NCBI GenBank assembly: GCA_964567285.1
Contig: CAZMLO010000002.1
Coordinates: forward strand, 140,150-204,149
Length of the DNA: 64,000 bases
Direction of reading: 5' to 3'
DNA from: an uncultured Gammaproteobacteria bacterium
Lineage (GTDB): Bacteria > Pseudomonadota > Gammaproteobacteria > JAIEPX01
Shown here: positions 37,956-49,900 of the stretch, piece after piece
How positions within the stretch are numbered: position 1 is the stretch's first letter
How the letters are laid out: each line of letters opens with the position of its first letter
Notes under the pieces: generated by a model
Database searches by the model: none
What the model was told of the DNA's origin: nothing
The model's input: only the letters and a program-made list of their open reading frames with translations
Made by a program: the position numbers and the translations under genes

Positions 37956-38552
37956 TTAGAGCATACCCAATTCTAATTTTGCGACATCAGACATCATTTC
38001 TCTGGACCAGGGAGGATCAAAGACCATTTCTACGTTTACATCTTTGATGTGAGGGGCGGCGAGGACTTTTCTTTTTACGTCGGAGGCGATGGTGGGGCCC
38101 ATGCCGCAGCCGGGGGCGGTGAGGGTCATTTTTATGGAGACTGAATGTTCATTCGCGCCGAGGGGGAGGATTTCGCAGCTGTAGATAAGGCCGAGATCGA
38201 CGATGTTTACGGGGATTTCTGGGTCGTAGCATTTTTTGAGTTGTTTCCAGATTAATTCTTCTAGGGTCATTTCGGATAAAATGGACTCTGGGATGGCATC
38301 TTCAGTTTCTAAGCCTAAGGCATCAGCATCGTTCGCATCTATACGAGCTAAATTGCCGTAAATATTGACAGTGTAAGAGCCACCCAAGGCTTGAGTGATT
38401 TTTACTTCTGTACCTGCTTGTAAAAAAATACGTGCGCCAGAAGGAATTAATAATGCATCGACATCGCGACGCAAGACAATAATATTTTCAGACAGATCAT
38501 TCTTCGGATTTGACATTGAAACTCTCACCACAGCCACATAAACTTTCGACAT
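37956..38552 (-). CDS. sufT: SufT-like Fe-S assembly protein, long form (N-terminal extension + DUF59/MIP18 domain)
   Basis: The C-terminal ~100 aa (…EELIWKQLKKCYDPEIPVNIVDLGLIY...TLTAPGCGMGP...) is a DUF59 domain. It is the last gene of the suf operon. The 3' half of the gene is about 57% GC. Confidence 0.6.
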   Translation of the reverse strand: MSKVYVAVVRVSMSNPKNDLSENIIVLRRDVDALLIPSGARIFLQAGTEVKITQALGGSYTVNIYGNLARIDANDADALGLETEDAIPESILSEMTLEELIWKQLKKCYDPEIPVNIVDLGLIYSCEILPLGANEHSVSIKMTLTAPGCGMGPTIASDVKRKVLAAPHIKDVNVEMVFDPPWSREMMSDVAKLELGML

Positions 38553-38850
38553 TAGGATTATTAAAAACCATTTGGGTAAACCCTAAACCTTTTTCTTCGA
38601 TATCTACCACTGTACCTCGGATAATATCCACACAAGCAGGATCAATAAAAACTTTAAACGACGTTTGAAGAGGAACTTCGATATCACCAACTTGAGGTTC
38701 GGCAACTATCTCTGGCTTATACATCCAACCCGTGCAGCCCGCCTTTTTCAAGACTAATCGAAAATGACGCCCTCCCTTCTCATTTTTGATACTATTTTCA
38801 ATATGCTGTATTGCTTTGGGTGTAAAATTCAACAGTATTTCAGTACTCAT
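38497..38850 (-). CDS. sufA: A-type Fe-S carrier (HesB/IscA/SufA family)
   Basis: 117 aa with C...CGCGESF cysteine ligands. Confidence 0.85.
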   Translation of the reverse strand: MSTEILLNFTPKAIQHIENSIKNEKGGRHFRLVLKKAGCTGWMYKPEIVAEPQVGDIEVPLQTSFKVFIDPACVDIIRGTVVDIEEKGLGFTQMVFNNPNVESLCGCGESFNVKSEE

Positions 38851-38859
38851 AAAAACTCG

Positions 38860-39303
38860 CTATTCCGTTGTAACTGGAGCATCATCGTTTGCCAATGCGG
38901 CGATTAATGTATGCCATGCCAATGTTGCGCACTTTACGCGTGCCGGAAATTCCATGACACCCGCTAAGACTAATAATTTGCCCAATAAATCAGCATCATG
39001 TTGTTGGCCCATCATCAGTTGATGAAAATTTTCAAATATTTTTCGAGCTTGGTCTACTGTTTTTCCTCGAAGAATTTCAGTCATTAAAGAAGCGGAGGCC
39101 ATCGAGATCGCACAACCTGATCCTAAAAATTGGGCTTCTTTAATCTGATCATTGACAACATTTAAGCTCAATTCTAATTTATCACCACAGAGTGGATTAT
39201 GTCCCCTTTTTTGATGGGTTGGATGATCGAGCACACCCTGATTGCGAGGATGTCGGCCATGATCGATTATTACTTGTTGATAGAGCTCTCTTAATGCTGA
39301 CAT
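38860..39303 (-). CDS. sufU: SufU-type (IscU/NifU-N fold) sulfur acceptor/scaffold
   Basis: HNPLCGD...GSGCAISMASAS...(60 aa)...RVKCATLAWH. The long insert between Cys2 and Cys3 and the absence of LPPVK are hallmarks of SufU rather than IscU. Confidence 0.75.
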   Translation of the reverse strand: MSALRELYQQVIIDHGRHPRNQGVLDHPTHQKRGHNPLCGDKLELSLNVVNDQIKEAQFLGSGCAISMASASLMTEILRGKTVDQARKIFENFHQLMMGQQHDADLLGKLLVLAGVMEFPARVKCATLAWHTLIAALANDDAPVTTE

Positions 39304-40562
39304 TAGCCTAAAATCCCCCGCACTTCTTGAAGCCCTTCTATCAAACGATCAATTTCTTCCAGTGTATTGTAGAATGCAAAAGACGCTCTGACTGTTGCAA
39401 CCAAACCTAAACGCTCCATTAATGGCATTGCGCAATGATGTCCTGCACGTATCGCAATTCCTTGATGATCTAAAATGGTGCCTATATCGTGAGGATGAAT
39501 CGAATCCAATACAAAAGAAATCACCGGTGCTTTATTGGCTGCCGTTCCAATAATACGCAAACCTTCGAAAGCCGAAAGCTTTTTTGTGGCTGTCGCTAAA
39601 AGATTTTGTTCATGCGCGTGAATAAGAGAAAAATCTTGGGCATTTAAATAATCAATGGCAGCACCAAGCCCCACTGCTCCGGCAATATTCGGTGTACCTG
39701 CTTCAAATTTATAAGGCAAATCATTATAAGTTGATTGAGTAAAGCTGACTTCTTTAATCATCTCACCGCCGCCCTGATAGGGGGGCATTGCATTTAATAG
39801 TGATTCTTTGGCATACAAAACGCCGATACCAGTGGGCCCATAAACTTTATGCCCAGAAAAAACGTAAAAATCACAGTCTAGCGCCTGAACATCAATTTTC
39901 TGATGCGGAACAGCTTGTGCACCATCGACCAAAACCGGAATACGCTGCTGATGGGCTTTATCAATAATAGTGCGTATTGGATTTACTGTTCCGATAGCAT
40001 TAGAAACGTGTGTGATGGCCACTAGTTTTGTACGTTCATTGATTAAATCAAAAAAAGCATCCCAATCGCATTCACCGTTATCAAAAACAGGAACAACACG
40101 CAGAATCGCGCCTTTTTGTTGGCACAATAATTGCCAAGGCACAATATTGGCGTGATGCTCTAATGCCGTGATAATAATTTCATCCCCTGAAGACACCCCG
40201 ATTTGCCCGAAGCTGCTGGCGATAAGATTGATTGCTTCTGTTGCACCGCGGACAAAAACAATTTCACGCGTGCTTTTCGCATTTAAAAAATGACGGACTT
40301 TTTCTCGGGATTCTTCATAGGCATGCGTCGCTCGATCACTTAAGGTGTGAACACCGCGGTGCACATTGGCGTTGATGGTTTCATAGAAGTGTTTTTCTGC
40401 TTCAATAACTGCTTGGGGCTTTTGAGTGGTCGCGGCATTATCCAAATAAACCAATGAGTGCCCATGAATAGCTTGGTGCAATAAAGGAAAATCGTTGCGT
40501 GCTGTATTCACATCAAAGTGTTTCAAAGCACTTGTATTCAAAACGGGGGCCTTTGTTTTCAT
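39303..40562 (-). CDS. sufS: cysteine desulfurase, SufS subfamily
   Basis: A class V aminotransferase with HHANIVPWQ, SGHK (PLP Lys) and RAGHHCA. Confidence 0.9.
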   Translation of the reverse strand: MKTKAPVLNTSALKHFDVNTARNDFPLLHQAIHGHSLVYLDNAATTQKPQAVIEAEKHFYETINANVHRGVHTLSDRATHAYEESREKVRHFLNAKSTREIVFVRGATEAINLIASSFGQIGVSSGDEIIITALEHHANIVPWQLLCQQKGAILRVVPVFDNGECDWDAFFDLINERTKLVAITHVSNAIGTVNPIRTIIDKAHQQRIPVLVDGAQAVPHQKIDVQALDCDFYVFSGHKVYGPTGIGVLYAKESLLNAMPPYQGGGEMIKEVSFTQSTYNDLPYKFEAGTPNIAGAVGLGAAIDYLNAQDFSLIHAHEQNLLATATKKLSAFEGLRIIGTAANKAPVISFVLDSIHPHDIGTILDHQGIAIRAGHHCAMPLMERLGLVATVRASFAFYNTLEEIDRLIEGLQEVRGILG

Positions 40563-41581
40563 AAGTTTGAACTCTCATTTATCTGTGCTAACTTTTGCTC
40601 AATTAAGGGGCCAACCCACTGCTGAATCCAGGGTTCTGCTTCCGATAATTGATCTTGAATAAAGGCATTTAATAACATTTCACTGGCCTGCACCTGATCA
40701 ATACCTCGGGATTGTAAATAAAACAAAGCATCTGGATCGAGCTGCCCCACACTGGCACCATGAGTACATTTAACATCATCAGCATAAATTTCTAACTCGG
40801 GCCGTGTATTAATTTCGGCCTGTGCTGATAATAATAAATTTTGACTCAATTGATGCGCAGCGGCCTGCTGACCACTTGAAGGTACGACAACTTTACCCGT
40901 AAATCCGGTACGTGCTTTATCGGTAGCAATCGATTTAAAAACCTGCTCACTCGTGCAAGCACGCGCTAAATGGTTGAGTGTTAGTTGTGAATCGAGACGC
41001 TGGGTATTATTGGCAATCGCCAATCCTCGACAATGGCATCGTGCAGATTGGCCTGATAAATTGACTTGCCATTTTTCTTGATGAATCAGAGCTCCCAGCG
41101 AATAATGACTCGAATAAACCACAGAATCTTCAGCTTGATGGATCGAATATTCACCCAGATGCGTCGCCTTTAATCCTTCCTGCTGAACTTTAAGCAGATG
41201 AAGCGTAGACTGCTCAGCACAATGAATCTCAATAAGGGATTTTTGCTCATACGATAATTCAGCTTCACTCTGAAAATATTGTACAAAGGTTATTTCTGCT
41301 TTTTTGCCAACACGGATCACAGTATTAAAAAAGTGATTGGTGGATTCTTCGACTGTGCTAATATAATGAATCACAATAGGCTGATTAATGATGGTGCCTT
41401 CAGAAACCTGAATCTCCAGCGCCCCTTTTAAATGATCAATTTTAAGCCCTTCCGGAATAGCCAGATTTTCAGTGTTTAATTTTCCATCGATGAAGACCAG
41501 CCATATCGCTTCATTATGAAGCGAGTTCATTAGGCTGATTTGATTTTTTTGTGCATTCACCTTAATCACTCCACCAACCAA
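40559..41581 (-). CDS. sufD: Fe-S cluster assembly protein SufD
   Basis: 340 aa with a beta-helix SufBD C-terminal domain. It lies between sufC and sufS. Confidence 0.85.
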   Translation of the reverse strand: MVGGVIKVNAQKNQISLMNSLHNEAIWLVFIDGKLNTENLAIPEGLKIDHLKGALEIQVSEGTIINQPIVIHYISTVEESTNHFFNTVIRVGKKAEITFVQYFQSEAELSYEQKSLIEIHCAEQSTLHLLKVQQEGLKATHLGEYSIHQAEDSVVYSSHYSLGALIHQEKWQVNLSGQSARCHCRGLAIANNTQRLDSQLTLNHLARACTSEQVFKSIATDKARTGFTGKVVVPSSGQQAAAHQLSQNLLLSAQAEINTRPELEIYADDVKCTHGASVGQLDPDALFYLQSRGIDQVQASEMLLNAFIQDQLSEAEPWIQQWVGPLIEQKLAQINESSNL

Positions 41582-42309
41582 CCGTAACCTTTTTCTTCTA
41601 AGGTCAGCGCCAATTCTTTTCCGCCGGATTTAATAATCTGGCCGTTTGCTAAAACATGCACATAATCAGGAACAATAAAATCCAGCAATCGCTGATAATG
41701 GGTAACCACAATAAAAGAACGCGAGGGATCGCGTAAACTGTTTACGCCCTTCGCTACTGCCTGCAATGCGTCAATATCCAATCCTGAATCAGTTTCATCG
41801 AGGATCGCTAATTTTGGTTCTAAGACCATCATTTGTAAAACTTCATTGCGTTTTTTTTCTCCGCCTGAAAATCCATGATTCACAGCGCGTTGTAAAAAAG
41901 ATTCATCCATATCGAGCTCGCGCAATTTGGTGCGAACAAATTGCATAAAATCCATCGCATCGAATTCTGGTTCATTACGAGCGCGACGAAGGCTATTCAA
42001 AGCCGATCTCAAAAAATACATATTATTAACACCAGGCAATTCAACCGGATACTGAAAGGCTAAAAAGAGGCCTCTTATGGCTCGTTCTTCTGGTGATAAA
42101 GATAATAAGTCTGTATTGTCAAATTGCACAGAGCCCGCCCAAATATCATAACCTTCTCGACCCGACAAAATACTGGCCAAAGTGCTTTTACCAGAACCAT
42201 TGGGCCCCATAATGGCGTGAACTTCGCCCGGCTTAACTTCAAGATTAATGCCTTGTAATATCGGTTGCCCACCACTCACACTGACTTGTAAATTTTCTAT
42301 TTTTAACAT
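41566..42309 (-). CDS. sufC: Fe-S cluster assembly ATPase SufC
   Basis: Walker A GPNGSGKST, signature FSGGEKKR and Walker B ILDETDSGLD are present. Confidence 0.9.
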   Translation of the reverse strand: MLKIENLQVSVSGGQPILQGINLEVKPGEVHAIMGPNGSGKSTLASILSGREGYDIWAGSVQFDNTDLLSLSPEERAIRGLFLAFQYPVELPGVNNMYFLRSALNSLRRARNEPEFDAMDFMQFVRTKLRELDMDESFLQRAVNHGFSGGEKKRNEVLQMMVLEPKLAILDETDSGLDIDALQAVAKGVNSLRDPSRSFIVVTHYQRLLDFIVPDYVHVLANGQIIKSGGKELALTLEEKGYGWLVE

Positions 42310-42322
42310 GCTATTTTACCTC

Positions 42323-43774
42323 TTAACCTATGGAGCCTTCTAAACTGACTTCCATCAGTTTTTGAGCTTCTACTGCAAATTCTAGTGGCAACTCATTAAA
42401 GACCTGTTTACAAAATCCATTCACAATCAAGGAAATGGCATCTTCTTCACGCAATCCGCGTTGTTGACAATAAAATAATTGATCTTCACCGATACGAGAC
42501 GTTGAAGCTTCATGCTCCACATTCGCACTGGGATTTCTCACTTCAATATTCGGAAAGGTGTGCGCACCACAATGCGAACCAATTAACAATGAATCACACT
42601 GAGTATAATTCCTAGCATTTTTTGCAGTAGGTGCAACTCGAACTAAACCGCGATAAGCATTTTGCCCACGTCCTGCCGAAATGCCTTTTGAAATAATGGT
42701 GCTTTTAGTATTTTTTCCAATATGAATCATTTTTGTACCCGTATCGGCTTGCTGAAAATGATTGGTTAGGGCCACCGAATAAAATTCACCGACTGAATCA
42801 TCGCCTTGTAAAATCACACTGGGATATTTCCAAGTAATCGCAGATCCCGTTTCAATTTGAGTCCAGGAAATTTTCGAGCGAGCACCGCGACAAGCACCAC
42901 GCTTGGTGACAAAATTATAAATACCCCCTTTACCATTTTCATCGCCTGGATACCAATTTTGTACCGTTGAGTATTTAATGGTTGCATCTTCTAGAGCCAC
43001 TAACTCTACAACAGCAGCATGTAATTGATTTTCATCGCGCATGGGTGCCGTACAGCCTTCTAAGTAACTGACATGAGCACCTTCTTCAGCAATAATTAAA
43101 GTGCGCTCAAACTGTCCTGTATTCGCTGCATTAATGCGGAAATAAGTGGATAACTCCATCGGGCAACGAACGCCTTTAGGAATAAAAACAAAAGACCCAT
43201 CACTAAAGACTGCTGAATTTAAAGCAGCATAATAATTATCACGATAAGGCACTACGGTGCCTAAATATTTTTTAACTAATTCAGGATACTCTCGAACCGC
43301 TTCAGAAAAAGCACAAAAAATCACACCGGCTTCCGCTAATTTTTCTTTAAATGTTGTGGCCACAGAAACACTATCAAAAACCGCATCAACAGCCACACCA
43401 GCCAATCGCTCTCGTTCATGCAATGGAATGCCTAATTTATCGTAGGTTTCGAGCAATTTAGGATCGACTTCGTCTAAACTTTTGGGTTTATCTGCATCGG
43501 ATTTTGGCGCAGAATAATAAGCGATGGATTGAAAATCGATAGGCGGAAAATGAACATGAGCCCATTCAGGCGGTTTGAGCGTTAACCAATATTGATAGGC
43601 TTTTAATCGCCACTCTAGCATAAATTCAGGTTCGTTTTTTCTCGCTGAAATTTTGCGAATCACTTCTTCATCTAATCCTGGCGCAAAGGTATCGGATGCA
43701 ATTTCAGTGACAAATCCATGCTCATAGGATTTCTGCACAGCAGCAACAATTACCGCATTCCGCTCAGTACTCAT
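42323..43774 (-). CDS. sufB: Fe-S cluster assembly protein SufB
   Basis: About 483 aa SufB with conserved C-terminal blocks. The start MSTERN is chosen so its ATG overlaps the Rrf2 stop (ATGA). Confidence 0.9.
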   Translation of the reverse strand: MSTERNAVIVAAVQKSYEHGFVTEIASDTFAPGLDEEVIRKISARKNEPEFMLEWRLKAYQYWLTLKPPEWAHVHFPPIDFQSIAYYSAPKSDADKPKSLDEVDPKLLETYDKLGIPLHERERLAGVAVDAVFDSVSVATTFKEKLAEAGVIFCAFSEAVREYPELVKKYLGTVVPYRDNYYAALNSAVFSDGSFVFIPKGVRCPMELSTYFRINAANTGQFERTLIIAEEGAHVSYLEGCTAPMRDENQLHAAVVELVALEDATIKYSTVQNWYPGDENGKGGIYNFVTKRGACRGARSKISWTQIETGSAITWKYPSVILQGDDSVGEFYSVALTNHFQQADTGTKMIHIGKNTKSTIISKGISAGRGQNAYRGLVRVAPTAKNARNYTQCDSLLIGSHCGAHTFPNIEVRNPSANVEHEASTSRIGEDQLFYCQQRGLREEDAISLIVNGFCKQVFNELPLEFAVEAQKLMEVSLEGSIG

Positions 43775-44256
43775 ACCAAAGACTCCACACCAATATTTTT
43801 CAGCGCAGGATGACGCATCGGCAAAGGACGGCACATCTCTGCCAAAGTGATTTTATTCAACACCCCCAGTACTGCTCGATTCACCAACTGCCAATTACTG
43901 CGCAAGGCACAAATAGGTTCATGAGAACAATGCCCTGCCACCGCAGCGCATTCAGTCAGTCCAATAGGCCCATCTAATGCCAAAATAATTTCGACTACGG
44001 TGATCTCAGAAGCCGGTCGCACTAAGCGATACCCGCCCTTTACCCCTCGGAGTGACTCCACCAACCCACTTCCTACCAGCAATTTCAGCACCTTCGATAC
44101 CGTTGGCAAAGACACTTTGACCTGCACAGCAATATCCCTGGCACTGGCATGCATATAGGTATCTGCCGCCAAGCAGCTCATCACAATCAGGCCATAATCG
44201 GCCAGTTTACTCAATTTCAGCACAGTAGCCTTCGCAATAGTTGAACCCAAGACCAT
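43771..44256 (-). CDS. Rrf2-family transcriptional regulator (IscR/SufR-like, three-Cys cluster site)
   Basis: It has a wHTH N-terminus ([18 protein letters not shown]...[13 protein letters not shown]) and [14 protein letters not shown] (C-x6-C-x5-C). It is the first gene of the suf operon. The exact start is uncertain. Confidence 0.75.
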   Translation of the reverse strand: MVLGSTIAKATVLKLSKLADYGLIVMSCLAADTYMHASARDIAVQVKVSLPTVSKVLKLLVGSGLVESLRGVKGGYRLVRPASEITVVEIILALDGPIGLTECAAVAGHCSHEPICALRSNWQLVNRAVLGVLNKITLAEMCRPLPMRHPALKNIGVESLV

Positions 44257-44354
44257 ATAGTACCAATTTCGTCCCGATTTGGAAAGGTGCAAAATGCCCG
44301 AAAATAGCATAGCATTGCCCCACACTTTTATGTTGAACGGCGGTAATCGGAATC

Positions 44355-45356
44355 ATGAGTTCAAAACCTATTCTATTTAGTGGCATACAGCCCACCGGCA
44401 ATTTGATGATCGGCAATTACATTGGCGCAATTAAGAATTGGGTTAATCGTCAAGATGACCACGATTGTATTTTTGCTTTGGTGGATTTACATGCCATGAC
44501 AGTTAGGTTAGATCCCGTAGAATTTCGTCGGCGCTGTTTTGATTTTATTGCGCTTTATATCGCTTGCGGTTTAGATCCCCAAAAAAGTCTCATTATCGTT
44601 CAATCCCATGTCCCTGAGCACGCTGAGTTGGGTTGGATTTTAAATTGTTACACCTTTATGGGTGAGCTCAAACGCATGACTCAATTCAAAGATAAGTCGA
44701 AGAAAAATGCCGATAATATCAACGCCGGGCTTTTTGATTACCCTGTATTGATGGCTGCTGATATTTTACTGTACCAAACGAATTTAGTTCCGGTGGGTGG
44801 TGATCAAAAACAGCATTTAGAACTGACACGCGACTTGGCAATTCGCTTTAACAATCTTTTTCCGGATACATTTACAGTGCCAGAACCTTATATTCCACCA
44901 AAATCTGCGGGCGGACGGATTATGGGCCTCCAAGACCCCACTGCAAAAATGTCCAAAACAGACCCGAATGAGCAAAATTACATTGCATTACTGGATAGCC
45001 CCGATCTGATCACAAAAAAATTAAAACGCGCTGTAACGGATTCAGGATCTGAAATTCACGTATCCGATGATAAACCGGGTGTCAGTAATTTATTAACGCT
45101 CTTATCAGTAATCACCGATCAGCCTATAAAAGCCTTAGAAAAGCACTATGTAGGCAGTGGCTACGGTCAATTTAAACAAGATGTGGCTGATGCCGTTGTC
45201 GATTTTCTCAAACCCATTCAAGCACGCTATCAGGAAATTCGTGCTGATGAAGAAAAATTACAAAAGCAATTGAGAACTGCTACTGAGAAAGCCCGTGAAC
45301 GAGCTCAAAAAACACTCAAGCGAGTTCATGAGGTGATCGGCTTTATTCCGCGCTAG
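44355..45356 (+). CDS. trpS: tryptophanyl-tRNA synthetase
   Basis: The class I motifs HIGH-like TGNLMIGNY and KMSKT (KMSKTDP) are present. It is 333 aa. Confidence 0.9.
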   Translation: MSSKPILFSGIQPTGNLMIGNYIGAIKNWVNRQDDHDCIFALVDLHAMTVRLDPVEFRRRCFDFIALYIACGLDPQKSLIIVQSHVPEHAELGWILNCYTFMGELKRMTQFKDKSKKNADNINAGLFDYPVLMAADILLYQTNLVPVGGDQKQHLELTRDLAIRFNNLFPDTFTVPEPYIPPKSAGGRIMGLQDPTAKMSKTDPNEQNYIALLDSPDLITKKLKRAVTDSGSEIHVSDDKPGVSNLLTLLSVITDQPIKALEKHYVGSGYGQFKQDVADAVVDFLKPIQARYQEIRADEEKLQKQLRTATEKARERAQKTLKRVHEVIGFIPR

Positions 45357-45400
45357 ACGAAGTTAAGCTAGTTAAGCTGCTTAAATAAATTTTCAACAGG

Positions 45401-46873
45401 ATGGAAACAATGAAACGGACTTTCTTATTTTATGACATCGAAACCACAGGACTGAACAAAGCTTTTGATCAAGTACTGCAATTTGCCGCTATACGCACCG
45501 ATGAAGATCTCAATGAAATAGAACGCCACGAATTTTTGATTCGTTTAAACCCCGATATTATTCCAAGTCCTCATGCGATAATTGTTCACGGATTATCCAT
45601 TGAAGACCTCTATCGTGGCCAATCTGAAGCTGAAGCTATTAAAAAGATTCATCAGATCATGAACACCCCTGGAACCATCAGTTGTGGTTACAATACTTTG
45701 GGTTTTGATGATGAATTCTTACGTTTTTCTTTTTATCGCAATTTATTGCCACCCTATAATCATCAATATGCTAATCACTGTGGCCGAATGGATATTTATC
45801 CCATCGCCGCCCTCTATTATTTATTTCATAATGATTCCATTCAGTGGCCTCTGATCAACGATACACCTTCTCTAAAACTCGAGCATATTAATGCAGCAAA
45901 TCATTTTGCACAGGGTGCTGCGCACGATGCCATCGTCGACGTGTTGGTAACACTCGAATTAGCTAGACGATTTAAAGCCGAATCAGAAATGTGGCAATAT
46001 GCAATGGGTTATTTTGATAAAGAAACCGATCTCGCCCGTATGGGAAAATTGCCTGTTGCTTTTTCAATTGCCCAGCAAAGTTTTCGTGAAGGCATTATGA
46101 TCGATGGTATTTTTGGTGCAGGGCAACATTATCAGTCTCACGTTATTGCATTGGGTCGTCACAATCATTATAAAAATCAAACATTATGGTTACGTTGTGA
46201 TCATAAAGATTTTAACGCTACCACACTTGAAGAATTAATTGAGCAAGCTTGGGTTATTAATAAAAAGCCTGGTGAGACAGGTCTTTTACTACCAATCTCT
46301 GAACGTTTTACTCGCTATATTGATGCAGATCGGCAAGAACGCATCGAACGCAATCGCCAATATTTAATTGAGCACTCCGATTTAATGCTTGAATTGGCAC
46401 GATACCATCGAGATTATACGCATCCTAAAATACCTGAAATCGACGAAAGTGCAGCACTCTATCAAAATGGCTTTTTACTGCCCCACGAAATTCAATTGTG
46501 TGCCGATTTTCATCAGAAGGATATTGATGGAAAAATTGCCATGCTCGATGATTTTCACAACCCTTGCCTTCAGGCCTTAGCCATTCGGTATATCGGAAGA
46601 CTTCATCCTGAAAAATTACCCACTCAATATCAGCAAGCTTACGGCAAGTATCTTGCTAAAGTGAATCCACTCACTATCGAAGAAGCCATGGTAGACTATC
46701 GACGTAAAGCCAGACTAACCCCCAAAGCCGCACTCCTCGAAATAAACACTCTCCAAACCGATTCTGCACTGACTGAACATCAACAACGTTTATTATCTGA
46801 TCTCAAAACGTACCTCGGAACCCAGTTTAACCTTAGCCTAACGGATGATGCCTCTTCAGACAGCCCACGCTAA
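45401..46873 (+). CDS. sbcB: exodeoxyribonuclease I
   Basis: FLFYDIETTGLNKAFDQVLQFAAIRTD...GYNTLGFDDEFLRFSFYRN...HDAIVDV aligns with E. coli ExoI. Confidence 0.9.
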   Translation: METMKRTFLFYDIETTGLNKAFDQVLQFAAIRTDEDLNEIERHEFLIRLNPDIIPSPHAIIVHGLSIEDLYRGQSEAEAIKKIHQIMNTPGTISCGYNTLGFDDEFLRFSFYRNLLPPYNHQYANHCGRMDIYPIAALYYLFHNDSIQWPLINDTPSLKLEHINAANHFAQGAAHDAIVDVLVTLELARRFKAESEMWQYAMGYFDKETDLARMGKLPVAFSIAQQSFREGIMIDGIFGAGQHYQSHVIALGRHNHYKNQTLWLRCDHKDFNATTLEELIEQAWVINKKPGETGLLLPISERFTRYIDADRQERIERNRQYLIEHSDLMLELARYHRDYTHPKIPEIDESAALYQNGFLLPHEIQLCADFHQKDIDGKIAMLDDFHNPCLQALAIRYIGRLHPEKLPTQYQQAYGKYLAKVNPLTIEEAMVDYRRKARLTPKAALLEINTLQTDSALTEHQQRLLSDLKTYLGTQFNLSLTDDASSDSPR

Positions 46874-46946
46874 TCAATACTATGAGAATTGCAGGAATTC
46901 GTGTAGAATGACTCCAATTGCCTTATGAGGTCAAACGAGATTCAAC

Positions 46947-49900
46947 ATGGGTTTTGATGAGAAGCGGCTGTTAAAAAGCGAAAATTTACACAAAATCAAC
47001 AATTTTTCCCTATCTAACCGTGACAAATTGGTTATTCGGCACCACTCAGCCTGGCCAGGAAGGGTATTTAGTGCTGAAACTACGCTGATACAAAAACATA
47101 TAGAACCCTTTTCAGACAATAATCACCTGGGTTTCATTTACGAAACCAATCTCCCCCCCGGTTATGCACCCGAGAGCTCAGATGAAGAAGATTCTGAGAC
47201 AGAGTCTAAATTCGAACCACCTAGACCTAGTGCAGATTCATTTTATTGGCGTACGTCTCAAAAACATATTCAAGATGCGATTGATTATGGCATTTTTGAT
47301 CCGGGTGCATTAACGAGTAAAGTGATTGGTGCTCTCGGTGCTTATCGGCTTGTCGTTCTAGAACGAGCCTATGATAAAGGCACGATCTCAAATAAATTTG
47401 AACAAAAAGAAATGCTCCTACGACTCACTCAAGCACGCATCAGAAGTTTAGAAGAACTGGAACGATTGACCAATGCTTATGATTATGGCTCCAGTCTCGA
47501 TAGCAATACCCATCGAATTATTGATACATTTGAAAATTATATTGGTACCTTGATGAATCTGAGAGAACAAGTGAGATCAGATTTAACCGTACTGAATCTC
47601 TACGATGAAGAGGCCCAAACAAAAATTCAGAATCAAATTACTGCCGATATTCTGAGCGCCGAAAAATTTCGTGATGAATTAATCAGTGCTTGGGGGAAAA
47701 ATTCTCTTAATCAAAAAATCCTTCAAAATACCGTGCTTTCCGCTACAGGCCCTCAATCTGTAGCACACTTTATTAAATTAAGAATGATTGCCGCATTAAG
47801 AGAGTGCGAAGAACATAATCAAAATATGACTTACGGAGAAGATCTCACTGCTAAGGAATCAACGAAGGCTTTTTCCCGTGGACAATTGAATAATTTCTGT
47901 GCGGATGCCATGAGAATAATCAATGAACACCAACCCGACCATCACAATCCGACCTTAAGAGAACATCAAGGCCATTATGATGAGCCCGACAAATCCATAA
48001 CCATCAATTTTCAACATCTGGGTAAAAATCGACAGCGAATCCGTCAAACCTTGATGGCAATTACTCAAATAGAAGGCAAAGATGTTATCGCAAAAGCGGA
48101 TAAAAGCGTGGATGAAGGAAGTGCCTATTATATTGTGAGTGGGAATAAAAAACATAAATTAAAAACAACGCGCTTCACTGGCTGGGATGTTCAAGATGAT
48201 AAGAGCTATATACCAAAACGATTATTCTTCTGGTGCTGGAATTTTATTTTTGTAGGGATTATTGGCGGTCTGATTATCGATTTATTACCTAATTTATGGC
48301 TTGGCTTACGAGGAAAGGAACCACGATCTTTCGTTACGGGAGCTCGTTTAGAATTTACACCGGTTTGCGTTGAAGAAACCCAATTTATCGCTTTAGCCGA
48401 TAAAATTAATATCCCATCCGTTTCATTAGGCGCTATTGTAGGTCGAGCCATCGGTAATTTTGTCTTCAACACTGCCTGGGAGATTAAGAATGGGTTAAAA
48501 TCTACCTATAGATTGGCTCGTCTCCAGTTTTTTGATCACTTAATTGCCGATTATCATATTGGGCACAATCCCCTACCCGATGAAAGACAGTTATATAAGC
48601 AAATTAGTAGTGATTTGAACAACTTTCACGCCCAAGAAAAAGTATTTTTAAAAGAACTGGAAGATCTGCATCTAAAGGCTGGCGTTAAAGAATTTAGTAA
48701 GATCAGATCCAAAGAAATTGTGAGTCGCCATGCACAAGCACCTTATGAACTCAATCCCGGCGAATGGAGCGATGCCCTTAACTCTGCTTTGAATGGCGCT
48801 AAATTTATTCTCGAGGCAATCACTCATGAAGTTCACGCCAAACACCCCTTTGCTGCTTTATTATTTAATTTCTTTTATATTACGGGTGGCTTAGCCATTT
48901 TGGCTCCTCAATATGTCAGCTTTTTAGGGCAGACCTTCTTACAAATTTCAAAAGCAATTGCAGATGCAGCATCCACTGAACCTTTCGCGGGAGCAATTTC
49001 TGCCTCATTTTACGAAGCTTATTTGGCGGCTACTGTATCCGAATTAATCACCAGTGGTAGAGATAGCGGATTAATCAGCGCACTAACCTCCTTGGAAGAC
49101 CAACCCTCGAGTTTTATGATCTACGGCACCTTAGCGGTGGGGTTCGGCTGGTTTTTGGCGAATGTCGTCGACATACCCGGGATAAGCGGTGGCATTCGCG
49201 AAGAACTGGGCAAGATACCCGCTATTACCTATGGTGCAGCAGGCGCAAAATTTGGTCTTGTCTTGCTGGAATTATTCGCCATTGAACCTGGTGAACCTGA
49301 TTCTGAGTACAAGGTTAAGCGCGAGAAATTAAAACACTTTTTCAACACAGAGTACCCAGAATTCACTGATGAAAGAGTTGATGGCCTCATAGACGATTTA
49401 CTCAAACAAACCTTGGCAGTGAATGCAAAACCAGAAGCCAGAAATGCCATGCATCGCTTGCAATTCTTGATGAAACTTCAGCAGCATCAGCAGTATTTAC
49501 CTTATCTTTCTAATTTGAAAAAACGTCAATTAATAGAAGTTATGCGTCGACAAGAGCAATACCATCCCCATATTGTTGATGCTTTAGAACATATGCTGTT
49601 TCCGGAACACAAAAAATCGATTCTTGGTATTACTCTGAATATTATTTTAGGTTATGTCTGGGGCTTAGGACGATGCCTGGCTTCAGTTGTTACTTGGAAT
49701 AAAGAACCATTCCGCTATTTATTTCTGGAGAAAGTTCCCAAAGATGTCGCCAGACTTTACCATGCCCTCCATAATAAAATCTTAAATACTTTCTTTAACT
49801 ACCTACGAGCGATGGGCCGCGGTCTCTGCGACATTGTGATCAACGAAATTATCGCGCGTACAGAAGGATTCTTTCGCTCTACACACCATAGTGTTTCAAG

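Noticed and set aside
44263-44282. CCAATTT-N6-ATTTGG inverted repeat between the Rrf2 regulator and trpS as an IscR-type operator
   Set aside because: The arms are imperfect (one mismatch) and I cannot match them confidently to either IscR site class. It is left as unscored.
44207-44416. 69-aa minus ORF spanning the trpS start
   Set aside because: It overlaps the trpS 5' end and promoter and shows no conservation signal.
45357-45400. Tandem 9-mer AGTTAAGCT-AGTTAAGCT after trpS
   Set aside because: There are only two copies in a 44-nt spacer. It is most likely chance or a weak terminator remnant.
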